Assembly: GCA_965208125.1 (NCBI GenBank)
Contig: OZ242320.1
Coordinates: 2,848,001 to 2,912,000, forward strand
Direction: 5' to 3'
DNA: 64,000 nucleotides
Source of the DNA: Candidatus Latescibacterota bacterium
GTDB taxonomy: Bacteria; Latescibacterota; UBA2968
Part shown: piece after piece, positions 17,379-27,428 of the stretch
Position numbering within the stretch: the first letter of the stretch is position 1
How the letters are laid out: each line of letters begins with the position of its first letter
Position numbers and translations under genes: made by a program
Notes under the pieces: model-generated
Told to the model about the DNA's origin: nothing
The model's input: the letters and a program-made list of their open reading frames with translations, nothing else
Databases searched by the model: none

Positions 17379-18584
17379 ATGGCCATGTCGATCACCCCAT
17401 CTCTTAGTGAGCAACAGATTGCGAATTACCACGAGGATGGTTATTTGATTATTCGCAATGTTTTATCTACGACTGAAGCGAATGACCTTCGTCGAGTTGT
17501 GCAAGAAAAGGTTAAACGTGGTGCGTATCCACCAAAGCTTTCGTATCCCGAGCCAGCGAAATACACGGTGAGTGGCAACAGACTATCAGAACCAGGGCTT
17601 ACTTCGATTTCCGAGCATCCGACGGTTATTGGTGCGGTAGAGTCCGTGTTGGGGCAACCCGCGCATTTGACGGCTTTTGTCGCGTATCTGAGGACGCCGG
17701 GCGATAAGGGGGGTGGTGCCCACTGCGATTACAAACGGTGGCGTCCCGTGGGTTCGTCGATGAACTGGGTGTTTGCCATTATCCCGCTGACGGATTTCGA
17801 TCCGGTATATGGTCCCTTTCTGGTGTCGCCGAAATCGCACAAACTGACGCGGGTAATTGACGAGGATGCACATATATTAGATGTCAATCGGCCCGATAGG
17901 AGCCAGTTGCCGGATTTTATCGATCCAGAGCTTAAAGCGGGGGATTTGCTGGTTGTTAATGAGCACGTCTGGCATGAAGCACCTGCGGGTACGAGTACAG
18001 AAGACCGTTGTGGTATTTTCAATAAGTATTGTGCGGTAAATGCGCCTCCTGCCGCGGGATATTATCCTTACAATCCCGCCGCCCTTGAGGCTTTGAGCGA
18101 TGATGGAAAACGGCTTATTCCCGTGTGTTTTGACAAGCCGATTGAGACGACCCGTCTGCTTATCGAGTATCCGAATAGTGGAGAACCAGAGTTCTTGTTA
18201 CGGCGCGATGATGAGACGAATCGCTGGGAGTTGCCGGGTGGCGAGGGATGGGAAGAGGAGGATCTGGTCGGTTGGGATGTCGGCGCGCGTGTCGGCTCTT
18301 TGCAAGAACTTACCAGGACGCAACTCGAGCTGGAGGTGCCGTGGATGTCCTATATCGAAGATGTGGAAGAGGAAGATGGCGTTTGCCGAGTTTATGGTTT
18401 TTCGGATGAGAATATAGACGCCGATGCGCTGGCAAACGGAGACTGCGACTGGTTCACCAAGGCACAGATACAACACCTCGGCGAGGGTGACGCGATTAGT
18501 CGCACTGTTGATCTATGGCAGCGAGCAGATATTATCCGCGGCAAGGGCAAGGCCTGTAATCAAAGCAAAAAACAGTTTGAATGA
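17379..18584 (+). CDS. PhyH-family Fe/2OG dioxygenase with C-terminal Nudix-like domain
   Basis: HCD...WH facial triad and downstream Arg; C-terminal WELPGG; AAGGAG RBS. Confidence 0.8.
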   Translation: MAMSITPSLSEQQIANYHEDGYLIIRNVLSTTEANDLRRVVQEKVKRGAYPPKLSYPEPAKYTVSGNRLSEPGLTSISEHPTVIGAVESVLGQPAHLTAFVAYLRTPGDKGGGAHCDYKRWRPVGSSMNWVFAIIPLTDFDPVYGPFLVSPKSHKLTRVIDEDAHILDVNRPDRSQLPDFIDPELKAGDLLVVNEHVWHEAPAGTSTEDRCGIFNKYCAVNAPPAAGYYPYNPAALEALSDDGKRLIPVCFDKPIETTRLLIEYPNSGEPEFLLRRDDETNRWELPGGEGWEEEDLVGWDVGARVGSLQELTRTQLELEVPWMSYIEDVEEEDGVCRVYGFSDENIDADALANGDCDWFTKAQIQHLGEGDAISRTVDLWQRADIIRGKGKACNQSKKQFE

Positions 18585-18601
18585 AAAAGTGAATCGTTCA
18601 A

Positions 18602-19885
18602 TTATTCTTTTTTAAACACGACGACTCGGTTGGTGTTTGTCCCTTTTGTTGTATTATCGACGCCCCAGACATTTGCGGTTTTGGTGAATTTTTGGTCGTT
18701 GATTAAGACGAGCAATGGCGTGAGTCCCACTTCGATGCCGCACGGGATAACCGCTTCTTCGAGTTTTATTTTGCCATGTCTGACTTCGCCGACTTCAAAG
18801 GCGATATGTCCGCCGGGTTTCAAGACGCGCTCTAATTCCAAAAAGACCTTTGTCATTTCGCGTTGCCATTGCTCGATTTTTCTCGCCATGGTGATGGGCA
18901 CAGTTGCGGGGTCTATCCCGCAAAACCAGCATCGCAACCAGTTGTCCTGCGCGTAGTTGACGACATCGAGAAACGGCGGTGAGGTTACGACGAGGGAGAC
19001 GGAGTTGGACGCGATTTCGGGAGTGCTATCTGAGGGCTGTGTGAGGAACTTTGCCTGGGGAAAGATGCCTGTCAGGGTATGCCGAGTTTGTTCGTCGCAG
19101 TGTTTCAAAAGGGCACGCGTTTTTTTCAGGATGAGATTTTTGATATCGCGTACTGGTGGTGCTTGATTTCTTTTTTGATTGATTTTTTTTTGAGAGTCAA
19201 CGGAGACGGCCTGATTAGGAGGCAGAGTATAAACCGAGAAAAAGCCCGATGAGTGACCTGTCAATCGGTTCAGTGCGACGAGGCTGATCCATTGGTCCAC
19301 CCAATCGAGGCTGCCAGTTTTTTCTGTCAGATATTTTTTGAGCGAGCAAATCTGTTTCAGGGTTTCCGGGTGATAGAAGGCCAGTAATTTTTTTGGATAT
19401 TTGACATCTTTGAGTTCTATACGCGATAGTCTGTCGGCGACTTGATCAACAGTGGGGAGATTCAGGCGGGGGAGCGTCATAATAGAACTCAACGGATTAA
19501 TATCGCATCCTATGGGAACGCGCCCCAAAAGAGCGGATTCTATGAGTGTAGTACCCCGCCCGGCAAAGGGGTCATAGACCGCGTCGCCCGGTAAGGTCAA
19601 TCGTTCGATAAAGAATCTGGGGAGTTGGGGCTTGAAGCACGCTCGATACGATATTTCGTGGAGTGCGTTGGCCGCTCTTTGTTTTGCGGTCCAAAATTCG
19701 TTTACGTAAGTTTCAATGTGAACCCGATCACAATCAGTCGCGGCCTCCGTAGAAGTCACAATTGTATTTTTGCCAAATGCGTTGAAGTCCTCCAGTTCTC
19801 GTTTGAGCCAGTCAGATTCAGGGGATTCTATCGATAGTGTCAGTTGTTTCGCAGTCATATATGGATTCTTTATAGAAAAATTCAT
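18602..19885 (-). CDS. DNA amino-methyltransferase (N4-C/N6-A), orphan
   Basis: Motif I DPFAGRGTT, motif IV TSPPF, LKPGG; start could be 19858. Confidence 0.85.
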   Translation of the reverse strand: MNFSIKNPYMTAKQLTLSIESPESDWLKRELEDFNAFGKNTIVTSTEAATDCDRVHIETYVNEFWTAKQRAANALHEISYRACFKPQLPRFFIERLTLPGDAVYDPFAGRGTTLIESALLGRVPIGCDINPLSSIMTLPRLNLPTVDQVADRLSRIELKDVKYPKKLLAFYHPETLKQICSLKKYLTEKTGSLDWVDQWISLVALNRLTGHSSGFFSVYTLPPNQAVSVDSQKKINQKRNQAPPVRDIKNLILKKTRALLKHCDEQTRHTLTGIFPQAKFLTQPSDSTPEIASNSVSLVVTSPPFLDVVNYAQDNWLRCWFCGIDPATVPITMARKIEQWQREMTKVFLELERVLKPGGHIAFEVGEVRHGKIKLEEAVIPCGIEVGLTPLLVLINDQKFTKTANVWGVDNTTKGTNTNRVVVFKKE

Positions 19886-19963
19886 TGCAAATATCTATAG
19901 ACATAAAACTGCCTGATGTCAAGGATGGGAGGAAATATACCATTCAGTGAATGGAAATGGATC

Positions 19964-21925
19964 ATGGATATTTTTGTTAAAAAAGAAATATGCCGAGATC
20001 TCGGTCAGGCGATGGGGCGGGAGTGGCTTGAGACCAATGGTCTGGGTGGATTTGCGTGTTCGACTATTATCGGGATGAACACGCGGCGGTACCACGGTTT
20101 GCTTATTCCCGCACAAAGTGCGTCGCATGGTCGGTTTGTCGCGCTGTCCAAATTCGAAGAGACGCTTATTGCGCCCGATAGGGGGACTTTTGAACTGGGC
20201 AGTAATTGTTACGCTGGCGATATCCACCCGCACGGTTATACCCATCTCGAACACGTCCGCCTGGATCCCTTTCCCATCTTTACGTATTGCATCGACGATT
20301 TGTGTTTTGAAAAGCAAATTTTTATGGTTTATGGTCAGAATACCACTGTGATTACTTACGGTCCCTTTGATCGCCCGGTTACACTTGTGCTGCGGCCGCT
20401 CGCGGCTTTCCGAGATTACCATCACCTGACGCGCCAGAATCATTTGCTCAATGGCGATGTCGATATTTGCGATGGTTTGATGAGTTTTCAGCCTTATTCG
20501 GAATACCCGCCTTTGCATATCGCGCACAACGGAGAATTTCAATCGCGTGGCGATTGGTATTACAATTTTGAATATGCCGTTGAAGCCTATCGCGGTCTGG
20601 ACAATCGGGAAGACCTGTATTGTCCCGGAGAATTTACCTTTGATCTCGCAGCACGTGAATCCGCGCATTTACTCGTCAGTCTTGAACGCGGCACATGCGA
20701 TCAGGTAAATGCGCTTCGGCAGGCTGAGATAGATCGCAGAAATAAAATTGGCCAATCAGTTCCCAAATGCACGGGTCTCAGTTTGAGTGCAGATGCTTTT
20801 CTCGTCAAACGTAGCGACGCTCGCGCTACTATTATCGCCGGTTATCCCTGGTTTACGGATTGGGGGCGCGATACGATGATCGCGTTGCCTGGTCTGGCGC
20901 TGGTGACCGGGCGATTTGACGAAGCCCGCGATATTCTCGCTGCTTATGCGCGTTTTTGCGATGAGGGAATGATTCCAAACCGTTTTCCCGATTGGGGTGA
21001 TATACCCGAGTACAATAGCGTGGATGCAACCCTGTGGTATGTCTATGCGGTGGATCGGTTTTTGGCGTACACAAATGATTATAATTTTGTAAGGGAAACC
21101 CTCTGGTCTGTGCTTCAGGAGATCATCTACTATTTTGTTCGGGGAACGCGCTATAATATTCATCTGGATTGCGATGGGTTGCTCTATGCCGGGGAATTCG
21201 GTGTGCAACTGACATGGATGGATGCTAAGGTAGGAGATTGGGTCGTTACCCCGCGACAGGGTAAACCCGTTGAGGTCAATGCGCTGTGGTACAATGCGCT
21301 GTGTGTGATGCGCGACCTGGCTGATAGATATGACGAACCCGGGCTCAGTACCGAATACGCCGGGCTGGCTGAAAAAATAGCTGCGCGCTTTGCCGATGCA
21401 TTTTGGAACTCCGATGCTGGATGTCTGTACGATTGCCTGACTGATACGGTGCCCGATGCGGCGATTCGTCCCAATCAGATTTTCGCACTCAGTCTGCCGT
21501 ATCGCATGCTCGATGCCGGGCGTGAACGCAGTATTCTCGATGTGGTCGAACGCGAGTTGCTCACGCCTTACGGTTTGCGAAGTCTGTCGCCGTCCGACGC
21601 AGCATACAGGGGTACTTATGGCGGCGACCCGTATAATCGAGATGGCGCGTATCACCAGGGAACGGTTTGGGCATGGCTTATGGGGCCGTTTATCACTTCA
21701 TGGGTTCGCATTTACGGCAAAGAGGCAGATGTTCGTACTTCTGCAAGACGCATGTTGCGCCCTTTGTTGTGCCATGTTGAAGAATCGGGCCTGGGACATA
21801 TTTCTGAAATTTTCGATGGGGACCCGCCCCATGCATCTCGCGGTTGCTTTGCCCAGGCGTGGAGCACAGCCGAGGTCTTGCGCGCTTTTGTCGAAGATGT
21901 GCTGGACAAGGGATCTGAAAAATGA
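19964..21925 (+). CDS. Glycogen debranching enzyme (amylo-alpha-1,6-glucosidase)
   Basis: EWLETNGLGG, AGYPWFTDWGRD, TWMDA, YHQGTVW, QAWS. Confidence 0.93.
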   Translation: MDIFVKKEICRDLGQAMGREWLETNGLGGFACSTIIGMNTRRYHGLLIPAQSASHGRFVALSKFEETLIAPDRGTFELGSNCYAGDIHPHGYTHLEHVRLDPFPIFTYCIDDLCFEKQIFMVYGQNTTVITYGPFDRPVTLVLRPLAAFRDYHHLTRQNHLLNGDVDICDGLMSFQPYSEYPPLHIAHNGEFQSRGDWYYNFEYAVEAYRGLDNREDLYCPGEFTFDLAARESAHLLVSLERGTCDQVNALRQAEIDRRNKIGQSVPKCTGLSLSADAFLVKRSDARATIIAGYPWFTDWGRDTMIALPGLALVTGRFDEARDILAAYARFCDEGMIPNRFPDWGDIPEYNSVDATLWYVYAVDRFLAYTNDYNFVRETLWSVLQEIIYYFVRGTRYNIHLDCDGLLYAGEFGVQLTWMDAKVGDWVVTPRQGKPVEVNALWYNALCVMRDLADRYDEPGLSTEYAGLAEKIAARFADAFWNSDAGCLYDCLTDTVPDAAIRPNQIFALSLPYRMLDAGRERSILDVVERELLTPYGLRSLSPSDAAYRGTYGGDPYNRDGAYHQGTVWAWLMGPFITSWVRIYGKEADVRTSARRMLRPLLCHVEESGLGHISEIFDGDPPHASRGCFAQAWSTAEVLRAFVEDVLDKGSEK

Positions 21926-21939
21926 AATAGAGAGGAAAT

Positions 21940-23544
21940 ATGAGCGAAATAGATCAAAACGGTCGTGAGCCGGTTGTGACAAAATGGGGACGTATTGAGA
22001 TCGATTTTGAGAGTGATAAAGATTATGCAAATCCCATTCAAGAAGCGGCATTGCAGGTGGTGTTTACATCGCCTTTTGGATCGATTTACAATGTGATGGG
22101 ATTTTGGGATGGCGGGCGGCAATGGCGCGTGCGTTTTTGTCCAGACGAAGAGGGCGAGTGGTCGTATGCGACGTTTTTTTCAGATGCGGAAAACGCGGGA
22201 TTGCACAATCGCGAGGGGCGTTTTACGTGCGGGCCATCGCAGACGATCAGTGACTTTGATGTACACGGCCCCATCGCGCTGTCTGCAAACAGGCGGCATT
22301 TTATCTATGCCGATGAGAAGCCGTTTTTCTTTTTGGCGGATACGGCGTGGAATGGGTGTTTGCGGTCAACGCGAGATGAATGGCGCTATTATCTCAGCGA
22401 GCGCGTGCGGCAGGGGTTTAATACTGTTCAATGGGTGGCTACGCAGTGGCGGGCGGCTCCAGATGGCGATGTCGAGGGCAATCTGGCGTTTTCTGGTGTG
22501 GAAAAGATCGCAATAAATCCGGCTTTTTTTCAGCGGTTGGATGACTGGGTGGAGATGACTTTTCAGGCGGGTCTGGTCAATGCGCCCGTGATGTTGTGGG
22601 CACTGGGAGGGCGCAGTCATCCGGAAAAGAGTCCGGGCGTGTCGTTGTCAGAGGACCAGATGATCCTGCTGGCTGAGTATATGGTTGCGCGATGGGCGTG
22701 TTATCCCGTGGTGTGGATTCTGGGTGGGGATGGCAATTACAATGGCGAGAATGCCGAGCGATGGCAGCGCGTTGGTCGCGCGGTTTTCGGGAAAGGTCCC
22801 CACGCGCCTGTGGCGATGCACAGTTCGGGGCGGCGATTTCCGACTGATGAATTTCGGTCTGAAAATTGGCTCGATGTGGTGGGTTATCAAAGTGGTCACG
22901 GCGACAGCGACGAGACTTTGCAGTGGATTGTGACGGGACCCCCTTCCGAAGATTGGAAAATGACGCCGCGTCAATTTTATATTAACATGGAGCCTTCTTA
23001 TGAAAATCACGTGGCCTATCATTCAAAGCGGCCACACGATGCAGCGTCGGTGAGGAGGGCAATGTACTGGAGTCTGCTCAATGCACCAACCGCTGGCGTG
23101 ACTTATGGGGGACACGGCGTGTGGGGGTGGGACGATGGCAGCGGTCCTCCCGTTGATCATCCCAATTCGGGAACGCCATTGCCCTGGCATGATGCGTTGC
23201 TGATGGATGGGGCAGAGCAAGTGCGCCATCTCGTCGATGCATTCGATTCTATCGGGTGGTGGACGCTGCGTCCGTCTCCAGAATTGCTGGGCATCCAGCC
23301 CGGCGAGCGAGATGTACACAAACACATTTTGATTTCTAAATCTGTGGCAAACGATCTCGTGGTTGCCTATACGCCACAGGGCGAGGCGGTGGAGGTGAAA
23401 GTGGCGGGTTTGGCACCACATCTGCGGGGTATCTGGTACAATCCGCGCGATGGCGATGTGGAAGCAGCAGAAGTGCGCGAGGTCAATGGTAGGCGCATTT
23501 ATGAAGCACCGGGAGATGGCGATTGGCTTCTGGTTTTGGCATGA
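21940..23544 (+). CDS. DUF5060/DUF4038 glycoside hydrolase (GH140 apiosidase-like)
   Basis: GFWDGGRQWRVRF, FFLADTAW, QSGH, EPSYE, TYGGHGVW. Confidence 0.8.
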   Translation: MSEIDQNGREPVVTKWGRIEIDFESDKDYANPIQEAALQVVFTSPFGSIYNVMGFWDGGRQWRVRFCPDEEGEWSYATFFSDAENAGLHNREGRFTCGPSQTISDFDVHGPIALSANRRHFIYADEKPFFFLADTAWNGCLRSTRDEWRYYLSERVRQGFNTVQWVATQWRAAPDGDVEGNLAFSGVEKIAINPAFFQRLDDWVEMTFQAGLVNAPVMLWALGGRSHPEKSPGVSLSEDQMILLAEYMVARWACYPVVWILGGDGNYNGENAERWQRVGRAVFGKGPHAPVAMHSSGRRFPTDEFRSENWLDVVGYQSGHGDSDETLQWIVTGPPSEDWKMTPRQFYINMEPSYENHVAYHSKRPHDAASVRRAMYWSLLNAPTAGVTYGGHGVWGWDDGSGPPVDHPNSGTPLPWHDALLMDGAEQVRHLVDAFDSIGWWTLRPSPELLGIQPGERDVHKHILISKSVANDLVVAYTPQGEAVEVKVAGLAPHLRGIWYNPRDGDVEAAEVREVNGRRIYEAPGDGDWLLVLA

Positions 23545-23553
23545 GGAGATGAT

Positions 23554-24393
23554 ATGGATCAAACTTTTGAACAAAATTGCACATTGTCTTATAAGGTTCT
23601 CGGTCCCAATACCCGCGGATCAGATCACCATTATGACATAGATGTTTGTGCATCGGCAGAGGAGTTGCGGCAATTTGACCGAGAGGGATATCTGGTGCGC
23701 GAGGGGTTGTTCGCGGGTGAGGACTTGAAAACATTGCAAGATGCGCTGGATCGGTTGGAGGATCGGGAATCAGGTGCGTTTCGAGACAGCGGAAAGCGAT
23801 CCTGGGGGCGTATTCCGCGGCATTTGATGGATAAAGATCCGGTGTTTTTGGATTTGTTGAAATTTCCGCCTGTGTTGTCTATTGCACGGGCGATGATGGG
23901 ACCGCTGGTCAGGCTTCGGGGATTGAGCGCGCGGATCAGTTATCCGGCTGAAACGCCTCATCAGACCCCATGGCACCAGCATTTGCGCGTGGTTTCCAAT
24001 CCTTTGCCGCCGTGGTTTTCCAGACCACATGGGATAGATGCTCTGATTTATCTGGATGATTTGAATGAGGATACGGGACCCGTAGGAATTGTGCCGGGGT
24101 CGCACAATTGGTTGGATAGAGCACCGCCTTCCGATACTTATGAGCCGGTTGAAGGTGAGCTTGTGGTTCGCGTGAAGGCCGGGGGCGGTGTGTTGATTCA
24201 CAGCAATCTCTGGCATCGGGGATTGCCGACGTTGAGGACAAAGCGCAGGATGTTGATTTTGAGTTATACGCCGACCTGGTTGCGCCGATCACCACACGGT
24301 GGGCCGCCTCCCGGTGACGGGTTGACGCAGGCGATTTTAGAAGGTGATGACGAGGAGGCGCGTATTTTGTTGGGCAAAGGTGGATATACTTGA
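23554..24393 (+). CDS. PhyH-family dioxygenase
   Basis: [22 protein letters not shown]. Confidence 0.8.
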   Translation: MDQTFEQNCTLSYKVLGPNTRGSDHHYDIDVCASAEELRQFDREGYLVREGLFAGEDLKTLQDALDRLEDRESGAFRDSGKRSWGRIPRHLMDKDPVFLDLLKFPPVLSIARAMMGPLVRLRGLSARISYPAETPHQTPWHQHLRVVSNPLPPWFSRPHGIDALIYLDDLNEDTGPVGIVPGSHNWLDRAPPSDTYEPVEGELVVRVKAGGGVLIHSNLWHRGLPTLRTKRRMLILSYTPTWLRRSPHGGPPPGDGLTQAILEGDDEEARILLGKGGYT

Positions 24394-24412
24394 GTTTCCA
24401 AAGGAGCGATAT

Positions 24413-26581
24413 ATGAGTGTGGTAGCCGTTGGAGAATTGAATGTAGATGCCGAGCTTTACGCATTGGTCAAAGACGAAATCGCACCCGATACGGGTGTAG
24501 ATGCAGAGGCTTTTTGGCGTGGGTTGGAGGAGATTGTAAGAGATCTGGGACCGGAGAACCGGCGTTTATTGGAAAGGCGCGATGTCTTGCAGGCAAAGAT
24601 CGATGCCTGGCACAAGGGGCGCGAATCTATTGATGGGGAAGCGTACAGGGCATTTTTGCAAGAGATCGGATATTTATTGTCCGAAGGGGATCATTTTCAG
24701 GTGTTGACAAATGGCGTTGATCCAGAGGTTGCGACAGTGGCCGGACCGCAGTTGGTCGTGCCGGTGGATAATGCGCGTTATTGTTTGAATGCGGCCAATG
24801 CGCGCTGGGGTAGTTTGTACGATGCGCTGTATGGGACAGATGTGATTCCGGAGGATGATGGTGCGGATAGGGGAACGGCGTATAATCCCGTGCGCGGGGA
24901 GAAGGTGATTGCCAGAGCGAATAATTTTTTGGATGCGACTGTGCCGATGTCCAATGGGGCTTATGCAGGAGTGACGGCGTTTGCTCTGGGCGAAGAGGGC
25001 GGACAAAAGGTGCTTGTGGCAGAGGTTGATGGTCGGGATACAGGATTGTTAGATCCGAGTCAGTTTGTGGGCTATGCGGAGCGGGATGGGGAATTATCCA
25101 GTGTTTTGTTGGCGCACAATGGATTGCATATTGAGATTCAGATCGATCCGGACCATCCCATTGGAAAAGACCATCCAGCAGGAGTAAAAGATGTGATGAT
25201 GGAATCAGCTATTACCACGATTCAGGATTGTGAGGATTCCGTATCTGCCGTGGATGCCGCGGATAAGGTGCTCGTGTATCGCAACTGGTGTGGTTTGATG
25301 AAGGGTACGCTGGAGACGACTTTTGAAAAGAATGGACAACCCCTGAATCGCAAATTGAATCCCGATAGGAATTATATCCGTCCAGATGGCGGTGCGTTGA
25401 CATTGCCGGGGCGAAGCACGCTGCTGGTGCGAAATGTGGGGATTCACATGTACACCGATGCGGTGACGACTGCAGATGGAGAGGCGATTCCCGAAGGGTT
25501 TTTGGATGCGATGGTGACGTCGCTGGCGGCTCTTCACGATTTGAAGGGCAATGGCGTGTTTCAAAATAGCCGCTCGGGCAGCGTGTATATCGTAAAGCCC
25601 AAGATGCACGGACCCGAAGAGGTAGCGGCGACGGTAGAATTATTTGGGCGCGTGGAAGATGCGCTTGGACTTGAGAGAAATACGCTGAAGATCGGGATTA
25701 TGGATGAAGAGCGGCGCACGACTGTCAATTTGAAGCGGGCTATGTGGGAAGCCCGCGAGCGCGTCATTTTTATCAATACGGGGTTTTTGGATCGCACGGG
25801 TGATGAGATGCACACGAGTATGGAAGCCGGTGCTATGCTTCCGAAGAACGAAATTAAGGCGCAACCGTGGTTGACGGCTTATGAAGATTGGAATGTGGAT
25901 GTGGGTATTGAGGCGGGGTTGATCGGCAAAGGGCAAATTGGCAAGGGGATGTGGGCGATGCCCGATGCGATGCGGGAGATGGTAGAGACGAAGATGAATC
26001 ACCCCGAAGCGGGGGCGACTACTGCGTGGGTTCCCTCGCCAACTGCGGCCACATTGCATGCGATGCATTACCATCAGGTGGATGTTTCGGCGCGGCAGGC
26101 AGAACTCGCGAGGCGAGAACGCGCGAGTCTGGATGCGATTTTGACGCCGCCTTTGCTGGATAGGGATTTGACGGATGAGGAGATCGCGCAGGAATTGGAC
26201 AATAATGCGCAGGGTATTTTGGGCTATGTGGTGCGCTGGGTTGATCAGGGTGTTGGCTGTTCCAAGGTGCCCGATATTCACGATGTGGGTCTGATGGAAG
26301 ATCGCGCGACATTGCGCATTTCGAGCCAGCATATTGCCAATTGGCTGCATCACGGGATTGTGAGTGCAGAGCAAGTCCGCGAGACGTTTGAGAAGATGGC
26401 CGCGGTTGTGGATCGGCAGAATGCGGGCGATGCGGCGTATCGCAATATGGCTCCAAATTTTGATGAGAGTATCGCGTTTCAAGCGGCACTCGATCTGGTT
26501 TTCAAGGGCCGCGAAGTACCCAATGGATATACTGAACTGGTTTTACACGCGCGGAGAAGAAGTGTGAAGGAAGAAGTGTGA
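24413..26581 (+). CDS. glcB: Malate synthase G
   Basis: [58 protein letters not shown]. Confidence 0.97.
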   Translation: MSVVAVGELNVDAELYALVKDEIAPDTGVDAEAFWRGLEEIVRDLGPENRRLLERRDVLQAKIDAWHKGRESIDGEAYRAFLQEIGYLLSEGDHFQVLTNGVDPEVATVAGPQLVVPVDNARYCLNAANARWGSLYDALYGTDVIPEDDGADRGTAYNPVRGEKVIARANNFLDATVPMSNGAYAGVTAFALGEEGGQKVLVAEVDGRDTGLLDPSQFVGYAERDGELSSVLLAHNGLHIEIQIDPDHPIGKDHPAGVKDVMMESAITTIQDCEDSVSAVDAADKVLVYRNWCGLMKGTLETTFEKNGQPLNRKLNPDRNYIRPDGGALTLPGRSTLLVRNVGIHMYTDAVTTADGEAIPEGFLDAMVTSLAALHDLKGNGVFQNSRSGSVYIVKPKMHGPEEVAATVELFGRVEDALGLERNTLKIGIMDEERRTTVNLKRAMWEARERVIFINTGFLDRTGDEMHTSMEAGAMLPKNEIKAQPWLTAYEDWNVDVGIEAGLIGKGQIGKGMWAMPDAMREMVETKMNHPEAGATTAWVPSPTAATLHAMHYHQVDVSARQAELARRERASLDAILTPPLLDRDLTDEEIAQELDNNAQGILGYVVRWVDQGVGCSKVPDIHDVGLMEDRATLRISSQHIANWLHHGIVSAEQVRETFEKMAAVVDRQNAGDAAYRNMAPNFDESIAFQAALDLVFKGREVPNGYTELVLHARRRSVKEEV

Positions 26582-26592
26582 AGTGTGAAATT

Positions 26593-26617
26593 GTAGGGGC
26601 GATCCTTGTGGTCGCCC
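26593..26617 (+). repeat. GTAG-type REP-like palindrome
   Basis: gtag-gggcgatc-cttgt-ggtcgccc in the glcB-coaX gap. Confidence 0.6.
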
Positions 26618-26642
26618 GCCCTATCTAAACAGGAATTGAACA

Positions 26643-27428
26643 ATGGGGCGAAAGTTGCTGGTTTTTGATATTGGCAATTCGCGTTTGAAGGCGGCGTTAT
26701 ACGATGGCGACCGCCCGATTGCGCGTGCGTCTATAAACGCGGTGCGAGATATGGCCGGTGAGGATTACAAGGCACAGGTCGTGAATGTTCTCGAATCGCG
26801 TTTTGCCCCGAGAGAGACGCCTGACCACTGTTTGATTGCTTCTGTGGTGCGCGGCGTAGATGAGATGATTCACAAGGCGGTTCAGACTGTATGGGGGTTA
26901 ATGCCACAGGTGGTTGATACAGAAATGGATCTGGGGATTGATGTCGCTGTGCCCCGTCCCGACCATGTTGGTATTGATCGGCTATTGCAGGCGAGCGAGG
27001 CGTTTCGCGTTTGCGCAGGAAGTGTGGTTGTCGCCGCTTTTGGCTCTGCGCTGACTGTGGATCTGGTGACAGCAGATGGTGTTTTTCGCGGGGGGACGAT
27101 TGCGCCCGGTTTGGGGATGGGGTTGCGCGCGCTGCACGATGAAACGAGTTTGCTTCCCCAGGTGGCACTTCAACCGCCTGATTCGGCTGTTGGGACGGAT
27201 ACGGCTTCTTGCATTCAGGCGGGGGTTATTTATGGGGCTGCTGGTGCCGTAGAGCGACTGTTTAGTGAATTGGTTTCCGATGGGCGGGCGACGCTTGTTT
27301 TGACCGGGGGGGATGCCGAGTTGATTGCGCCTTTTGTGAAATTTCCACATCGCATAGAGCCAGATCTGGTTATGCGTGCGCTGGTTTGGTTAGATCGCAG
27401 GATTTTTGCGGTTAAGGGGCAAAAGTAG
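26643..27428 (+). CDS. coaX: Type III pantothenate kinase
   Basis: DIGNS, GIDR, GGTIAPG, TGGD. Confidence 0.93.
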   Translation: MGRKLLVFDIGNSRLKAALYDGDRPIARASINAVRDMAGEDYKAQVVNVLESRFAPRETPDHCLIASVVRGVDEMIHKAVQTVWGLMPQVVDTEMDLGIDVAVPRPDHVGIDRLLQASEAFRVCAGSVVVAAFGSALTVDLVTADGVFRGGTIAPGLGMGLRALHDETSLLPQVALQPPDSAVGTDTASCIQAGVIYGAAGAVERLFSELVSDGRATLVLTGGDAELIAPFVKFPHRIEPDLVMRALVWLDRRIFAVKGQK

